Shown here piece by piece: positions 18,202 to 28,542 of a DNA stretch of 64,000 nucleotides (positions are counted from its first letter, which is position 1; each line of letters starts with the position of its first letter). A program made the translations under genes and the position numbers. The stretch is taken from positions 3,488,001-3,552,000 of the forward strand of contig OZ241867.1 in assembly GCA_965203175.1 (NCBI GenBank), read 5' to 3'. The notes under the pieces were generated by a model that had not been told where the DNA came from, searched no databases, and saw only the letters and a program-made list of their open reading frames with translations. This stretch comes from Candidatus Latescibacterota bacterium. GTDB taxonomy: Bacteria; Latescibacterota; UBA2968; UBA8231.

Positions 18202-20550
18202 ATGGAATCCGAACGCGTGGTTGCACACCGATTTGAAGACATGCTAGCGCAACTCGAAGGCCATGGGCTCAAGCGCAACGGTCACGATGCTCTCTTAGCT
18301 CGCGCCGCTGATGCCGAAACCTATTATGGTGACAACGACCTCGCCATCGACGTTTTGCGCAACAAGTACTTGGCACCCGGCGAGACCGGCCCACTGCACA
18401 TCTGGGACCGCATCGCTCGGGCTATGGCCTCGGTGGAGGAGGATCCCCAACTCTGGTATGACCGCTTCTTCTCGCTGTTGATGGACTTCAAATTCATCCC
18501 CGGCGGGCGCGTCATGCACGGCGCTGGCCGGGATGAGGCTAGGCGCAAGCCGACGCTGTCCAACTGCTATGTCATTCCCATTGAAGAGGACAGCCTAGAG
18601 GGCATCTATCGCTGCCTGAGCGAGTCGGCAATGGTGTACCGCACGGGCGGTGGCGTCGGCACGGATTTGTCGATTCTCAGGCCGCAAGGCGCCCCGGTCA
18701 ACGCCACGGTGGATGCTTCGCCGGGTTGCACCGCGTTTATGAACCTGCTCTCCGAGAGCACCAATGCCGTCTCCCAAGCCGGCCGCCGCGGAGCTCTGAT
18801 GCTGACCTTGCGGGTCGATCATCCCGATATAGAAGACTTTATAACCATCAAAAATGACGCCAATCGCACTAAAGTGCAGTACGCCAATATCAGCGTGCTG
18901 ATTACCCACGAGTTCATGCAGGCTGTATTGGCCGACTCGGACTTTGACTTGCGCTGGGGTGACAAAGTATTCCGCACGGTCAAGGCGCGCCAATTGTGGG
19001 ACAAGATCATCGCCAATGCCCACGCCAGCGCCGAGCCGGGGATTATTTTTTGGGACACGATGCGCGAGTATCACAATGTCGAATACGTCAATCCGCTCAC
19101 CAGCACCAATCCCTGCGGCGAGCAGCCGCTGGCCTCGTACACGGCCTGCAACTTGGGCAATCTCAATCTGGTGAACTTCGTCCGCGCCGACGGCGAGTTC
19201 GACTACGAGGCATTGGGGGAGGCCGCTCGCGTGGCGACTCGCTTTTTGGACAACGTCATTGAGTACAACATGGACAATCATGCCTTGCCCAAAATTCGGG
19301 AAGCCGTAGCCTCTGACCGTCGGGTGGGTTTGGGCATCACCGGCATGGCCGATGCGCTGGTCTTGATGCAGAGTAAGTACGATTCGGACGAGGCCTTGGA
19401 AATCATAGACCGCGTTATGGCCACCATCTGCCACAACGCCTATAAAATGTCCGTCGAATTGGCGCAGGAGAAGGGAGCCTTCCCGCTTTTCGACTGGGAG
19501 GGCATCAAGCAGAGCAAGTTTATCCAGAGACTGCCCCAAGCGCTGCAGGAGAAAATTGCCGAGCACGGCCTGCGCAATTGCACCTTGATTACCATGCCGC
19601 CGGTAGGCACAGGTTCGATTGTGGCGCAGACGAGCTCGGGGATTGAGCCGATCTTCTGCACTAGCTACACCCGCCGGGTAAAGCAGGAAGACGGCGAGAG
19701 TTTTCGCGAATACAAGGTCTATCACCCGCTCATCCAGCACGTTTTCGGCGACGACGAAGACCTGCCCGATTACGTGGTGACGGCCCACGAAATTGACCCC
19801 TACTTCCGAGTCAAGATGCAGGGCGTGATCCAGAAGTACACCGATAGCAGCATTTCTTCGACGATCAACCTGCCCGAAGACATCGCGCTAGAGACGGTCG
19901 CCGACATTTACATCACCGCGTACAAGGAAGGCCTCAAGGGCGTGACGGTGTACCGCGAGGGCAGCCGCGAGGGTATCCTGCAGACCGAGGGCCAAGTCGA
20001 TAAGAAGGAAGCTCCGGCTGTGGAAGTCCCCGATTCCTTGGGGCCGGATGGCTTTCGGCACCGCCGTCGCCGGCCGGCCGTCACCGCGGGCATTACCGAG
20101 CGGATCAACACCGGCGAGGGCAAGATCTACGTGACGATCAACGAAGACGAATACGGGATCTGCGAGGTCTTTAGTACTATCGGCAAGGCGGGTGGCAATG
20201 CGGCTGCCCAGTCCGAGGCCATCAGTCGGCTAATTTCGCTCGCGCTGCGCTCGGGGGTTGACCCACAGGAAGTTATCAGCGAGTTGAAGGGCATTTCGGG
20301 GCCAAGTCCGGTGTGGGAAGACGGCGAGTTGATCCTGTCTACGCCGGATGCCATTGGCAAGGCAATGGAGCGCTATTTGCAGCGGAAGGCAGGCAAGCAG
20401 CCCGATGCTATTGCTTCCGAGGGCGTGCCGCCCAGTTTCGTCGAGGGCAGTGAGCCGAAGACGCTGGCGACCTGTCCGGAGTGCGGATCGACGGTATCGT
20501 ATGAGAGTAGCTGTCTGATGTGCAAGCACTGCGGATGGTCCAAGTGTTGA
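18202..20550 (+). CDS. nrdJ: Adenosylcobalamin-dependent (class II) ribonucleotide reductase with TSCPD domain and C-terminal zinc ribbon
   Basis: LSNCYV, GGGVG, RRGALM, TNPCGEQPL, ACNLG, SSGIEP, KGVTVYR; no beta subunit nearby; CPEC..CKHCGWSKC tail. Confidence 0.93.
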   Translation: MESERVVAHRFEDMLAQLEGHGLKRNGHDALLARAADAETYYGDNDLAIDVLRNKYLAPGETGPLHIWDRIARAMASVEEDPQLWYDRFFSLLMDFKFIPGGRVMHGAGRDEARRKPTLSNCYVIPIEEDSLEGIYRCLSESAMVYRTGGGVGTDLSILRPQGAPVNATVDASPGCTAFMNLLSESTNAVSQAGRRGALMLTLRVDHPDIEDFITIKNDANRTKVQYANISVLITHEFMQAVLADSDFDLRWGDKVFRTVKARQLWDKIIANAHASAEPGIIFWDTMREYHNVEYVNPLTSTNPCGEQPLASYTACNLGNLNLVNFVRADGEFDYEALGEAARVATRFLDNVIEYNMDNHALPKIREAVASDRRVGLGITGMADALVLMQSKYDSDEALEIIDRVMATICHNAYKMSVELAQEKGAFPLFDWEGIKQSKFIQRLPQALQEKIAEHGLRNCTLITMPPVGTGSIVAQTSSGIEPIFCTSYTRRVKQEDGESFREYKVYHPLIQHVFGDDEDLPDYVVTAHEIDPYFRVKMQGVIQKYTDSSISSTINLPEDIALETVADIYITAYKEGLKGVTVYREGSREGILQTEGQVDKKEAPAVEVPDSLGPDGFRHRRRRPAVTAGITERINTGEGKIYVTINEDEYGICEVFSTIGKAGGNAAAQSEAISRLISLALRSGVDPQEVISELKGISGPSPVWEDGELILSTPDAIGKAMERYLQRKAGKQPDAIASEGVPPSFVEGSEPKTLATCPECGSTVSYESSCLMCKHCGWSKC

Positions 20551-20580
20551 ACTAAACACCGGAGTGCTTTTGGTCGAGGC

Positions 20581-20618
20581 GAGGATGTCGTCGGGAGACC
20601 GGCGGCATCCTTGTTTTT
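20581..20618. terminator. Hairpin terminator between convergent nrdJ and MBL hydrolase
   Basis: gaggatgtcgtcgg-gaga-ccggcggcatcctt then gttttt. Confidence 0.7.
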
Positions 20619-21381
20619 ATTTTAATTCTAACTCTAGCACCAATCCGTCGTAGGCGAGTTGCACGCCTAGGGGGAGTTCGGCATTGGTCTGATGGTGGTC
20701 GAGGTCGTGGGCTATATGCGTGAGGTAGGTGCGAGCGGGCTGGAGTTCGGCGACGATGGCCAACGCCTGCTCGACGTTGAAATGGGTAGGATGTTCTTTG
20801 TGGCGCAGTGCGTCGAGGACCAAGACCTCTAGGCCGCGCAGCCGCGCCATGGCTGCCTCCGGGATGTAGTTGGTGTCCGTGGCGTAGGCGAAGTTGCCGA
20901 TGCGGAAGGCGAGAACCGGGGCGCGGCCGTGATAGATGGTGAGCGGCTCGATGGCGAGCCCACAGGCAGTGAACGGCCCGGCAATCGGACGCAAGGCAAT
21001 TTGTGGCGTCGCGCTGGGGGCGTCTTTGTCAAAGGCGTAGTCGAAAACTCGTTCGACGCGTGCAATGGTGTCTGGGTCCGCATAGCAGGGCAGCGGCTGA
21101 TCGCGGTCAAAGCAATAGGAGCGCACGTCGTCGAGGCCGTGGAGATGATCGGCGTGGCCGTGGGTCAACAGCACGCAATCGACGCGGTCGATCTGATAGC
21201 GCAAGGCTTGGGTTCTGAGATCCGGACCGGCATCAACGAGAATGGACCGGCCTTGATGTGCTAGGTGTAAAGCGCAGCGCAAGCGCTTGTTTTTTGGATC
21301 GTCCGAGGTGCAAACCGGACAGTAGCAGCCGATGCGCGGCACCCCGATAGAGGTACCGGTGCCGAGGAAGGTGACCTTCAT
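20617..21381 (-). CDS. Metallo-beta-lactamase fold hydrolase (PhnP/LipB-like)
   Basis: LGTGTSIGVP.IGC.C..C, THGHADHLHGLDD, AYATD, THIAH. Confidence 0.9.
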   Translation of the reverse strand: MKVTFLGTGTSIGVPRIGCYCPVCTSDDPKNKRLRCALHLAHQGRSILVDAGPDLRTQALRYQIDRVDCVLLTHGHADHLHGLDDVRSYCFDRDQPLPCYADPDTIARVERVFDYAFDKDAPSATPQIALRPIAGPFTACGLAIEPLTIYHGRAPVLAFRIGNFAYATDTNYIPEAAMARLRGLEVLVLDALRHKEHPTHFNVEQALAIVAELQPARTYLTHIAHDLDHHQTNAELPLGVQLAYDGLVLELELK

Positions 21382-22133
21382 ATCGGCACAGCGGGCAGGG
21401 TCAAAATCCGCGGCCCGTCCTCAGTAATGGCGACGGTGTGCTCGGCGTGGGCGGCGAATGAGCGATCAGAGGTAAGGGAGGTCCAGTCGTCGAGGTGATC
21501 GATTTGGGGGTCGCCTAGGCAGAGGATTGGCTCGATACAGAATACGTGCCCGGATTTGAGCAGCGGACCTTTACCGGGAGGGCCATAGTTTTCGATATAG
21601 GGAGACTCGTGCAGCTCGAGGCCAATGCCGTGGCCCCCGTACTCGCGCACCACAGCCAGTCCTTGGCTTTCGGCGTGGGATTGGATGGCGTGCGAAATGT
21701 CGGAGAGCCGTCCGCCGGGTCGCGCTCGGTCAATGCCTTGGGCGAGGCAAGCGAGGGTACCATCGATAAGGTGCTGCGCCTGCGCGCTGATGGTGCCGAC
21801 CGCGACGGTAAAGGCCCCGTCGCCATAATAGCCGTCGAGGCAGGCACCCACGTCAATGCTGACGATGTCGCCCTCTTGCAGTGGGGTTTCGTCGGGGAAC
21901 CCATGCACGATTGCGGCATTTACTGAAGTGCAAATCGAGTAGGGGAAGCCGTGGTATCCCTTGAAGGCGGGCACCGCCCCTAAGGCGAGAATTTCGGCCT
22001 CGGCGACTTGATCCAGCTCGAGAGTACTCACGCCAGGCGCAATAAGCGCTTCGAGCTTCTGCTGGACGGCGAAGACGATCTCGCAGCTAGCGGCGATGTG
22101 TTCTATCTCGCTTGATTTCTTGCGGTGGATCAA
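21378..22133 (-). CDS. map: Methionine aminopeptidase type I
   Basis: VHGFP, SIDVG, YYGD, GHGIG..LHE, IEP, AHAEHT; probable TTG start at 22133. Confidence 0.93.
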   Translation of the reverse strand: MIHRKKSSEIEHIAASCEIVFAVQQKLEALIAPGVSTLELDQVAEAEILALGAVPAFKGYHGFPYSICTSVNAAIVHGFPDETPLQEGDIVSIDVGACLDGYYGDGAFTVAVGTISAQAQHLIDGTLACLAQGIDRARPGGRLSDISHAIQSHAESQGLAVVREYGGHGIGLELHESPYIENYGPPGKGPLLKSGHVFCIEPILCLGDPQIDHLDDWTSLTSDRSFAAHAEHTVAITEDGPRILTLPAVPI

Positions 22134-22214
22134 GGTGTAAACCCCAAAGAATGCAGTACGTAAAACCAAATGCGTTACAAAAAGGCGACGGCTTTAGTTT
22201 GTCAAGAGCGCGTC

Positions 22215-22270
22215 TTGCGATTGTCTTAGGGCGTCTATATATTCAGAAAATTACGTAACTTACGTAATTT
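22215..22270 (+). promoter_or_regulatory. Putative topA promoter with palindromic operator-like element
   Basis: TTGCGA-N17-TATATT (22215-22243) followed by AAATTACGTAA-C-TTACGTAATTT (22248-22270). Confidence 0.55.
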
Positions 22271-22302
22271 ACAGCTTTCAGTACTATCAACCGAGGGAGC
22301 AG

Positions 22303-24594
22303 ATGGGTAAGTCATTGGTGGTTGTCGAGTCGCCGGCCAAGGCCAAGACAATCAACAAAATTTTGGGCAAAGATTTTGTGGTTAAACCCTGTATGGGGCA
22401 CGTGCGGGACCTGCCGCCCAAAGAGTTGGGCATCGACATTGAAGACGGCTTTAAGCCGCGCTACGTAACGATTCGGGGCAAGGGCAAGATCCTGGACGGC
22501 CTTCGCAAAGCAGCTCAAGCAGCCGATACCACCTACTTGGCCACCGACCCCGACCGCGAGGGCGAAGCCATTGCTTGGCACGTGGCCCAGGCCATCTCCC
22601 GCAAGGACGACAACGTCAAGCGCATTCTCTTCAACGAGATCACGCCCAAGGCAGTGCGCGAGTCGTTGGATCAATCAGGTGTGCTGGATCTCCACAAAGT
22701 CGATGCCCAGCAGGCGCGGCGCGTGCTGGACCGCTTGGTCGGATACGAAATCAGCCCGCTCTTGTGGAAGGTCATACACTCCGGGCTCTCAGCCGGTCGA
22801 GTGCAGTCCGTAGCCGTGCGGTTAATCTGCGAGCGCGACCGCGAGATCAAGGCGTTTGATCCTCAGGAGTACTGGTCGGTCGAGGCCCTTTTGGGCCGCG
22901 AGAGCCAAGATTCGTTTTGGGCGCGCCTTTTGGCCAAAGACGGCGAGAAGCTCGACATCGCCAATCAGGAGGAGGCCGATTGTATCGCCGCCGAGTTGGC
23001 CGCGCAGGATATAGCGGTCAAAGAGATCAAGCGGCGCGACCAAGTGCGCCGCCCGGCCCCACCCTTCACAACCAGCACCCTGCAGCAGGAATGCGCCCGG
23101 CGGATGCGCTTTTCGGTCAAGCGCACTATGGCTGTAGCTCAGCAGCTATACGAAGGCATTGAGGTCGAGGGTGAAACCCGTGGTCTAATTACCTATATGC
23201 GCACGGATTCAGTGCGCGTTGCAGCCGACGCCATTGCCGAGGTGCGCGATCAGATCGGCACCCTCTACGGCCACGAGTACGTGCCCGAAACGCCCAATCA
23301 CTACCGGACCAAAAACAGCGCCCAGGACGCCCATGAGGCTATACGCCCCACCTCCGTGGCTTTGCATCCAGACAAGATCGAGGACTTGCTTACGCCAGAT
23401 CAAGCGCGGGTATACTCACTGATCTGGAAGCGATTCGTGACCTCGCAGATGAAGCCGCAGGTGCTCAGCATCACGACGGCTAATGTCGAGGCAGGCCCCT
23501 ATTTGCTCCGCGCTACAGGTAGCATCGTCAAGTTTCCGGGCTTTACCCTGCTCTACAGCGAGAGCAAAGAAGACGAGGACAAGCCGGAGACTATGTCTAA
23601 CGGCATAGCCCAAGGAGAAGAAAAAGACGAATCGCGGGCCATGCCTGCTGGCATTGCCGAGGGCGAAGTGCTGAAGTTAGAGAAGATTTTTCCTGAGCAG
23701 CACTTTACTAAGCCACCGCCGCGTTTTACCGAGGCGTCTCTCGTTAAGGAACTAGAATCCGAGGGCATTGGCCGTCCTTCGACCTATGCGCAAATCATCA
23801 CTACCATCCTCGATCGCAAGTACGTCGAAAAGGTCGATAACCGCTACTTCGTAGCTACTGAGCGAGGCCAGACTGTCAACAAACTACTCGTCGATACCTT
23901 TCCGCACCTCTTCAACGTAGCTTTCACGGCCAATATGGAGGACAAGCTCGATCAGATCGAAGATGGGGGCACCAACTGGGTGGAGATCGTGCAGCAGTTC
24001 TACGGCTCGTGGAAGGGCGATTTAGACACGGCCAATAGCCAACGCAAAGAGCTAAAGCGCGCGCTGCAAGAGGTGTCGGACGAGGACTGCGAGGACTGCG
24101 GGGCCGACATGGTCGTCAAGTGGGGTCGCAACGGCCGCTTCCTCGCTTGCTCTGGTTATCCCAAGTGCAAAAATACAAAACCTCTCGAAGAGCAAAGCGA
24201 GGTGGAGACCGACGAAGTCTGCGATCAGTGCAGCGCGCCCATGGTCGTCAAGACGGGTCGCTATGGCCGCTTCTTGGCTTGTAGCAGCTATCCAGATTGC
24301 AAAAACGTCAAGCCCTATGTTCTCGGGATTCAGTGCCCAGAGGATGGCTGCGATGGGCAGATCGTGGAGAAGCGGTCGCGCAAGGGCAAGGTCTTCTTTG
24401 GTTGCAGCACCTATCCCGAGTGCAACTTCGCTAGCTGGGACCGTCCCGTAGATCGCAAGTGCACCCATTGCGACGCTGCTTTGCTCTACGAAAAGGGTAG
24501 CCGCTCGGGTGCCCCTACCACGTACTGCCGAGTTTGCGGCACCGAGTACGAAAGCGAAGAGGGCGAAAAAGACAAAAGCGCCCAAGCTGCCTGA
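22303..24594 (+). CDS. topA: DNA topoisomerase I
   Basis: VVESPAKAKTI, ATDPDREGEAI, SAGRVQS, LITYMRTDS, GIGRPSTY, C-terminal zinc ribbons. Confidence 0.98.
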   Translation: MGKSLVVVESPAKAKTINKILGKDFVVKPCMGHVRDLPPKELGIDIEDGFKPRYVTIRGKGKILDGLRKAAQAADTTYLATDPDREGEAIAWHVAQAISRKDDNVKRILFNEITPKAVRESLDQSGVLDLHKVDAQQARRVLDRLVGYEISPLLWKVIHSGLSAGRVQSVAVRLICERDREIKAFDPQEYWSVEALLGRESQDSFWARLLAKDGEKLDIANQEEADCIAAELAAQDIAVKEIKRRDQVRRPAPPFTTSTLQQECARRMRFSVKRTMAVAQQLYEGIEVEGETRGLITYMRTDSVRVAADAIAEVRDQIGTLYGHEYVPETPNHYRTKNSAQDAHEAIRPTSVALHPDKIEDLLTPDQARVYSLIWKRFVTSQMKPQVLSITTANVEAGPYLLRATGSIVKFPGFTLLYSESKEDEDKPETMSNGIAQGEEKDESRAMPAGIAEGEVLKLEKIFPEQHFTKPPPRFTEASLVKELESEGIGRPSTYAQIITTILDRKYVEKVDNRYFVATERGQTVNKLLVDTFPHLFNVAFTANMEDKLDQIEDGGTNWVEIVQQFYGSWKGDLDTANSQRKELKRALQEVSDEDCEDCGADMVVKWGRNGRFLACSGYPKCKNTKPLEEQSEVETDEVCDQCSAPMVVKTGRYGRFLACSSYPDCKNVKPYVLGIQCPEDGCDGQIVEKRSRKGKVFFGCSTYPECNFASWDRPVDRKCTHCDAALLYEKGSRSGAPTTYCRVCGTEYESEEGEKDKSAQAA

Positions 24595-24625
24595 GTATTC
24601 ATTTCTCCTTGGCTCGTTAACTGCC

Positions 24626-25582
24626 ATGGCCGATGCATCGCAGAGCGCTCTGCACGCCGGATCTAGCCTCGAAGAGGGCATTGCCCGCTTTTTGGAATAC
24701 TTGCACAAAGAGCGCAACTGCGCCGAGTACACCCTCAGTTCATATCGCTGCGACTTGCAGCAATTCGCCCGCTTTCTCTACCCGCGAGTCGATAATTTGC
24801 AACTGCCGCTGCGGGCAGTGCAGCGCGAGCAGGTGCAGTCCTTTGTTGCCGACCTAGAAGGAAAGGGCCTCAAAGCTAGCACTGTCGCCCGCAAATTGGC
24901 GGCTCTGCGCTCGCTTTTCCGCTATCTCTGCCGCGAGGGAGCGCTCGGCGCTAATCCGGCTGGTGCAGTGGCATCGCCTTTGGTCGAGCGCGCATTGCCG
25001 AGGCACTTACCCGTAGAGCAGGTCGCCGAGGCCATGGAAGCCCCTTCGACCGAGCGGTTCAGCGGAGTGCGGGATCGTGCCATTCTAGAGGTGTTCTACG
25101 GAGGGGGCATTCGCCTCGGCGAGCTAGTGGGGCTCAACCTCTCGTCGCTGGATCTGGCCGAGGGCACCATCAAGGTGATGGGTAAGGGCCGCAAGGAGCG
25201 CATCGCCCCTATCGGTGCAAAGGCGCAAGAGGCGCTCAAAGCGTACCTACAACGCCGCGCCGAGGTTCTACTCGAATGCGATATGTCCCAAGTAGAAGTC
25301 GGTGCCCTTTTCCTCAACGGACGCGGCAAGCGATTGAGTCGCCGCACCGTGCAGCGCATCGTCGAGCGCCACCTGCAAACAGTGTCGGAAGACGATTCGC
25401 TCAGCCCGCATCGTCTGCGCCACTCCTTTGCTGCCCATCTCCTCGACGCTGGTGCCGATTTGGTGGCCGTCAAGGAGCTCCTTGGCCATGCGACCTTGGC
25501 CGCGACTCAGAGTTACACCGAAGTGAGCTTAGAGCACCTACAAGCCATTTACGCCGAGGCCCACCCGCACGGTGCTGATTAG
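24626..25582 (+). CDS. xerC: Tyrosine recombinase XerC
   Basis: RDRAILE..Y..GIR, GKGRKER, HRLRHSFA.HLL..GADL..VKELLGH...TQSY; follows topA. Confidence 0.85.
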   Translation: MADASQSALHAGSSLEEGIARFLEYLHKERNCAEYTLSSYRCDLQQFARFLYPRVDNLQLPLRAVQREQVQSFVADLEGKGLKASTVARKLAALRSLFRYLCREGALGANPAGAVASPLVERALPRHLPVEQVAEAMEAPSTERFSGVRDRAILEVFYGGGIRLGELVGLNLSSLDLAEGTIKVMGKGRKERIAPIGAKAQEALKAYLQRRAEVLLECDMSQVEVGALFLNGRGKRLSRRTVQRIVERHLQTVSEDDSLSPHRLRHSFAAHLLDAGADLVAVKELLGHATLAATQSYTEVSLEHLQAIYAEAHPHGAD

Positions 25583-27131
25583 CGTCTTGGTCGCGCTGTT
25601 GTTGGGTTGTGCCAAAGTCGGGCCGCCCACCGGAGGGCCGGTGGACAAAGAGCCGCCCCGCATTCTGTCTCACTACCCGGAGAGCGACGCCTTGGAAGTG
25701 ACGCGGGATACCGAAGTAGAAATCGTCTTCAGCGAACCCATGAATCGCGAGCAGACTGAAGCCGCTCTTTTCACATCGCCGGCCGGACCGCTGCAACTGT
25801 CATGGCGTGGCCCGCGGCTGCGCATTGCCATGCCTTTGGCCGAGGAGCGAACTTATGTGCTGACGGTGGGTACCGGGGCGCGAGATCTACGGGGCAATGC
25901 CTTGACGGAATCCTTTACCTTAGCTTTTGCCACCGGCTCACAGCTCGATCAGGGGCTGGTGCGGGGCCGGGTGTACCAAGACCATCAACCTGTGTCCGGT
26001 GTCCACGTTTGGGCCTATGACTTGGGAACCTTTAGCGGAGAGGTAGGTTTGGACGAACCGTCCTATCAGACGCAGAGCGGTGCCGATGGAGGTTATGAGT
26101 TCGCCCGTCTCGCTCCGGGCCACTATCGGGTACTGGCCTTTAGGGATGCCAATCGCAACGCCCTGCCTGACGACGAGTGGTTGGCTCTGCCAGCGTCCTC
26201 TGTGGAAGTAGGGGAGGACGAAGTGCTGGCTGGCGATTTAGCGCTCATGCGGCGACAGATGTCCGCGCCCGTACTCAAGCGGGTCCAAGCCGTACACGCC
26301 GAGCGGCTGATGTTGCTGTTTACTGCGGCCGTGGACCCGCAAGACTTAGACTTGGAGGTCACTGGGCTGGCGGTCGAGTCGCTATATGCGGCCCCGAATG
26401 CAGAGGAAAAAATTTACGTCGAAACGGCCGCGCAGGAGCCGGGCCGGCGCTATCCCGTGCAGCTTGCGCTCGCTGGTGCGCCCTTGCAGTGGGATGTGCC
26501 TGTCCGCGGCAGTGGACGGGCCGACCGCAAGCCACCCTCTTTTGTCGCGCTGGCGCGAAATCAACTGGCTCCAAGGGATGCTTTGGACTTGCTTTTTTCT
26601 GAGGCCATGAAGCCAACTGCGTTGGAAGGGCTTTGGACAGAGAGTGATTCGACGCAAGCACTAGCGGGGGATTGGCTGTGGCCAGCGCCCAACTGCGCCC
26701 GCTTTGCGCCCGCCGAACCGCTGGCACCGGGTGCGTATCGGCTCGCGGGGCCGGCCGCTCGGCTTGCGGATCGGGCTGGCAATGGCCTCGCCGATAGCCT
26801 GCTCGCGCTCTCGTTTACAGTCGGCGCGGAGACTGCGGCAATTCGGGGACAGGTGCAGGCCGGGGAAATGGGTCGCGTCCGGGTCGCGGCCATCAACGAA
26901 GACGAGCGGATGTATTCCGAGTGGGCCGACGAAGAGGGGCAGTTTGCTCTGGACGGCCTGTTGGCTGATACCTACTTATTGTGGGCATTTGTAGATCGCG
27001 ACGGCAACGGCGAGTACGGTAGCGGCTCGCTCAATCCCTTTCGCTATTCCGAGCCTTATGGACGCTATTCCGAGCCGATTGACCTAGACGCGGGCCGAAT
27101 CGTCGCTGAAGTGGAGATTTCATGCCGCTGA
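25572..27131 (+). CDS. Lipoprotein with bacterial Ig-like (Big_5) domains
   Basis: Lipobox LLLGC, PPTGGPVDKEPP, FSEPM, DLRGNAL, AFRDANRN and AFVDRDGNG motifs. Confidence 0.78.
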   Translation: MLISVLVALLLGCAKVGPPTGGPVDKEPPRILSHYPESDALEVTRDTEVEIVFSEPMNREQTEAALFTSPAGPLQLSWRGPRLRIAMPLAEERTYVLTVGTGARDLRGNALTESFTLAFATGSQLDQGLVRGRVYQDHQPVSGVHVWAYDLGTFSGEVGLDEPSYQTQSGADGGYEFARLAPGHYRVLAFRDANRNALPDDEWLALPASSVEVGEDEVLAGDLALMRRQMSAPVLKRVQAVHAERLMLLFTAAVDPQDLDLEVTGLAVESLYAAPNAEEKIYVETAAQEPGRRYPVQLALAGAPLQWDVPVRGSGRADRKPPSFVALARNQLAPRDALDLLFSEAMKPTALEGLWTESDSTQALAGDWLWPAPNCARFAPAEPLAPGAYRLAGPAARLADRAGNGLADSLLALSFTVGAETAAIRGQVQAGEMGRVRVAAINEDERMYSEWADEEGQFALDGLLADTYLLWAFVDRDGNGEYGSGSLNPFRYSEPYGRYSEPIDLDAGRIVAEVEISCR

Positions 27132-27478
27132 GACTGATCGAGTTGACGCTCTTGGTGCTGGTGATCATAGGACTGGGGGTGGTGCACTTTGCTCGCTTGA
27201 CCCCTCATCAGCGGGCCACGATCCAATTGGAGGCGCGGTTGGAACAGCTCTACTTGCTCGAAAAGGCCCACTTTGATAAGCACGACCGCTACTTCGATCC
27301 GAACGACGCAAATATACGGCCCGCCTGGTGGCGGATAGAGGGCTATACGTGGGAGTTCTGGCCCGTCGGCGAGGGTTTTTTGTTGGTGGTGCGGGCCGAC
27401 TTGGACGGGGACGGAGAGATCGGGGCTTGGGCCATGGATGCGGCCCACCCGCAGGTGAGCACCCTCAACCAAGACTGA
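27122..27478 (+). CDS. Pilin-like membrane protein
   Basis: LIEL+hydrophobic helix resembling type IV pilin N-terminus; C-terminal ADLDGDG..W.MD. Confidence 0.55.
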   Translation: MPLRLIELTLLVLVIIGLGVVHFARLTPHQRATIQLEARLEQLYLLEKAHFDKHDRYFDPNDANIRPAWWRIEGYTWEFWPVGEGFLLVVRADLDGDGEIGAWAMDAAHPQVSTLNQD

Positions 27479-27522
27479 GAACAGTAGTACCCGCCGACCG
27501 AGAGGTCGGTGCAATAATCCCG

Positions 27523-28314
27523 TCAGACGGCGATTTCCATGCGGATGGAGGGATGGGGATCGTAGTTGAGTAGTTTGAAGTCGTCGTAGCGAAAGTTGGA
27601 AATCGACTGGCTGCGATTTTTAATGGTCATAACCGGCAGTGACCGGGGGGAGCGGGCGAGTTGTTGGCGCAGCGCGGCGACGTGGTTCTGATAGATGTGG
27701 ACGTCGCCGCCGGTCCAGACGAATTCCCCGGGCTGCAAGCCGCAGACTTGGGCCATCATCATGGTCAGCAGGCTGTAGCTGGCAATGTTGAACGGCACGC
27801 CAAGCCCCACGTCGCAAGAGCGTTGATAGAGCTGGCAGGAAAGCCGGCCGCGAACGACGAAAAACTGGAACAGGCAGTGGCAGGGCATGAGGGCCATTTG
27901 CTGCAACTCGCTGACGTTCCACGCGCTGACGAGGATGCGGCGCGAATCGGGGTTGGTCTTAATCAGATCAATAGCGCCTTGTATTTGGTCGATGGGGCCG
28001 TCTGGGGTTGACCACTCGCGCCACTGCTTGCCGTAGATGGGGCCGAGGTCGCCGTTTTCGTCGGCCCATTCATCCCAGATGCTGACCTTTTCCTTTTGCA
28101 AATAGGCCGTGTTGGTGTCGCCCTTGAGGAACCACAAGAGTTCGTGGATAATGGAGCGCAGATGCAGCTTCTTGGTGGTCAGGCAGGGGAACCCGTCCGC
28201 GAGATCAAAGCGCATCTGATAGCCGAAGATGGCGAGAGTGCCGACGCCCGTGCGGTCTTCTTTGGCCTCGCCGTGATTGAGGCAATGGCTTACTAGATCG
28301 AGGTATTGTCGCAT
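27523..28314 (-). CDS. thyA: Thymidylate synthase
   Basis: [43 protein letters not shown]. Confidence 0.98.
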   Translation of the reverse strand: MRQYLDLVSHCLNHGEAKEDRTGVGTLAIFGYQMRFDLADGFPCLTTKKLHLRSIIHELLWFLKGDTNTAYLQKEKVSIWDEWADENGDLGPIYGKQWREWSTPDGPIDQIQGAIDLIKTNPDSRRILVSAWNVSELQQMALMPCHCLFQFFVVRGRLSCQLYQRSCDVGLGVPFNIASYSLLTMMMAQVCGLQPGEFVWTGGDVHIYQNHVAALRQQLARSPRSLPVMTIKNRSQSISNFRYDDFKLLNYDPHPSIRMEIAV

Positions 28315-28498
28315 GGTAAAAGCTCGTGAGCGTAGCCGACCGCAAAGATGGAAAACGCAGTATAGTAATATTCTTTTATTTTATAAGTTTTTTGTCTCAT
28401 GTCAAAGGCATTGGTGTGGTCGGCTGTGCCCGCGTCGGAGGGGAGGAGTTAGCACGATTCTAACTCGTTCTTGGCGGCGCAATCAGGCGGCGGACAGG

Positions 28499-28527
28499 TT
28501 GACAGGAACTTGCCCGCCGCGTACTTT
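28499..28527 (+). promoter_or_regulatory. Promoter of tRNA-Cys/tRNA-Leu
   Basis: TTGACA-N17-TACTTT, 15 nt upstream of tRNA-Cys. Confidence 0.75.
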
Positions 28528-28542
28528 CAAACCCCTGTTTGA

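Noticed and set aside
18595-19788. 397-aa antisense ORF (and similar ones, e.g. 33510-34589)
   Set aside because: Shadow ORFs opposite well-supported genes in GC-rich DNA; no recognisable motifs
18202-20550. Intein or intron in the ribonucleotide reductase
   Set aside because: Catalytic motifs are contiguous and length is normal for NrdJ with TSCPD
24626-25582. Tyrosine recombinase as phage or integron integrase
   Set aside because: XerC-type motifs, no IntI-specific insertion, housekeeping position after topA
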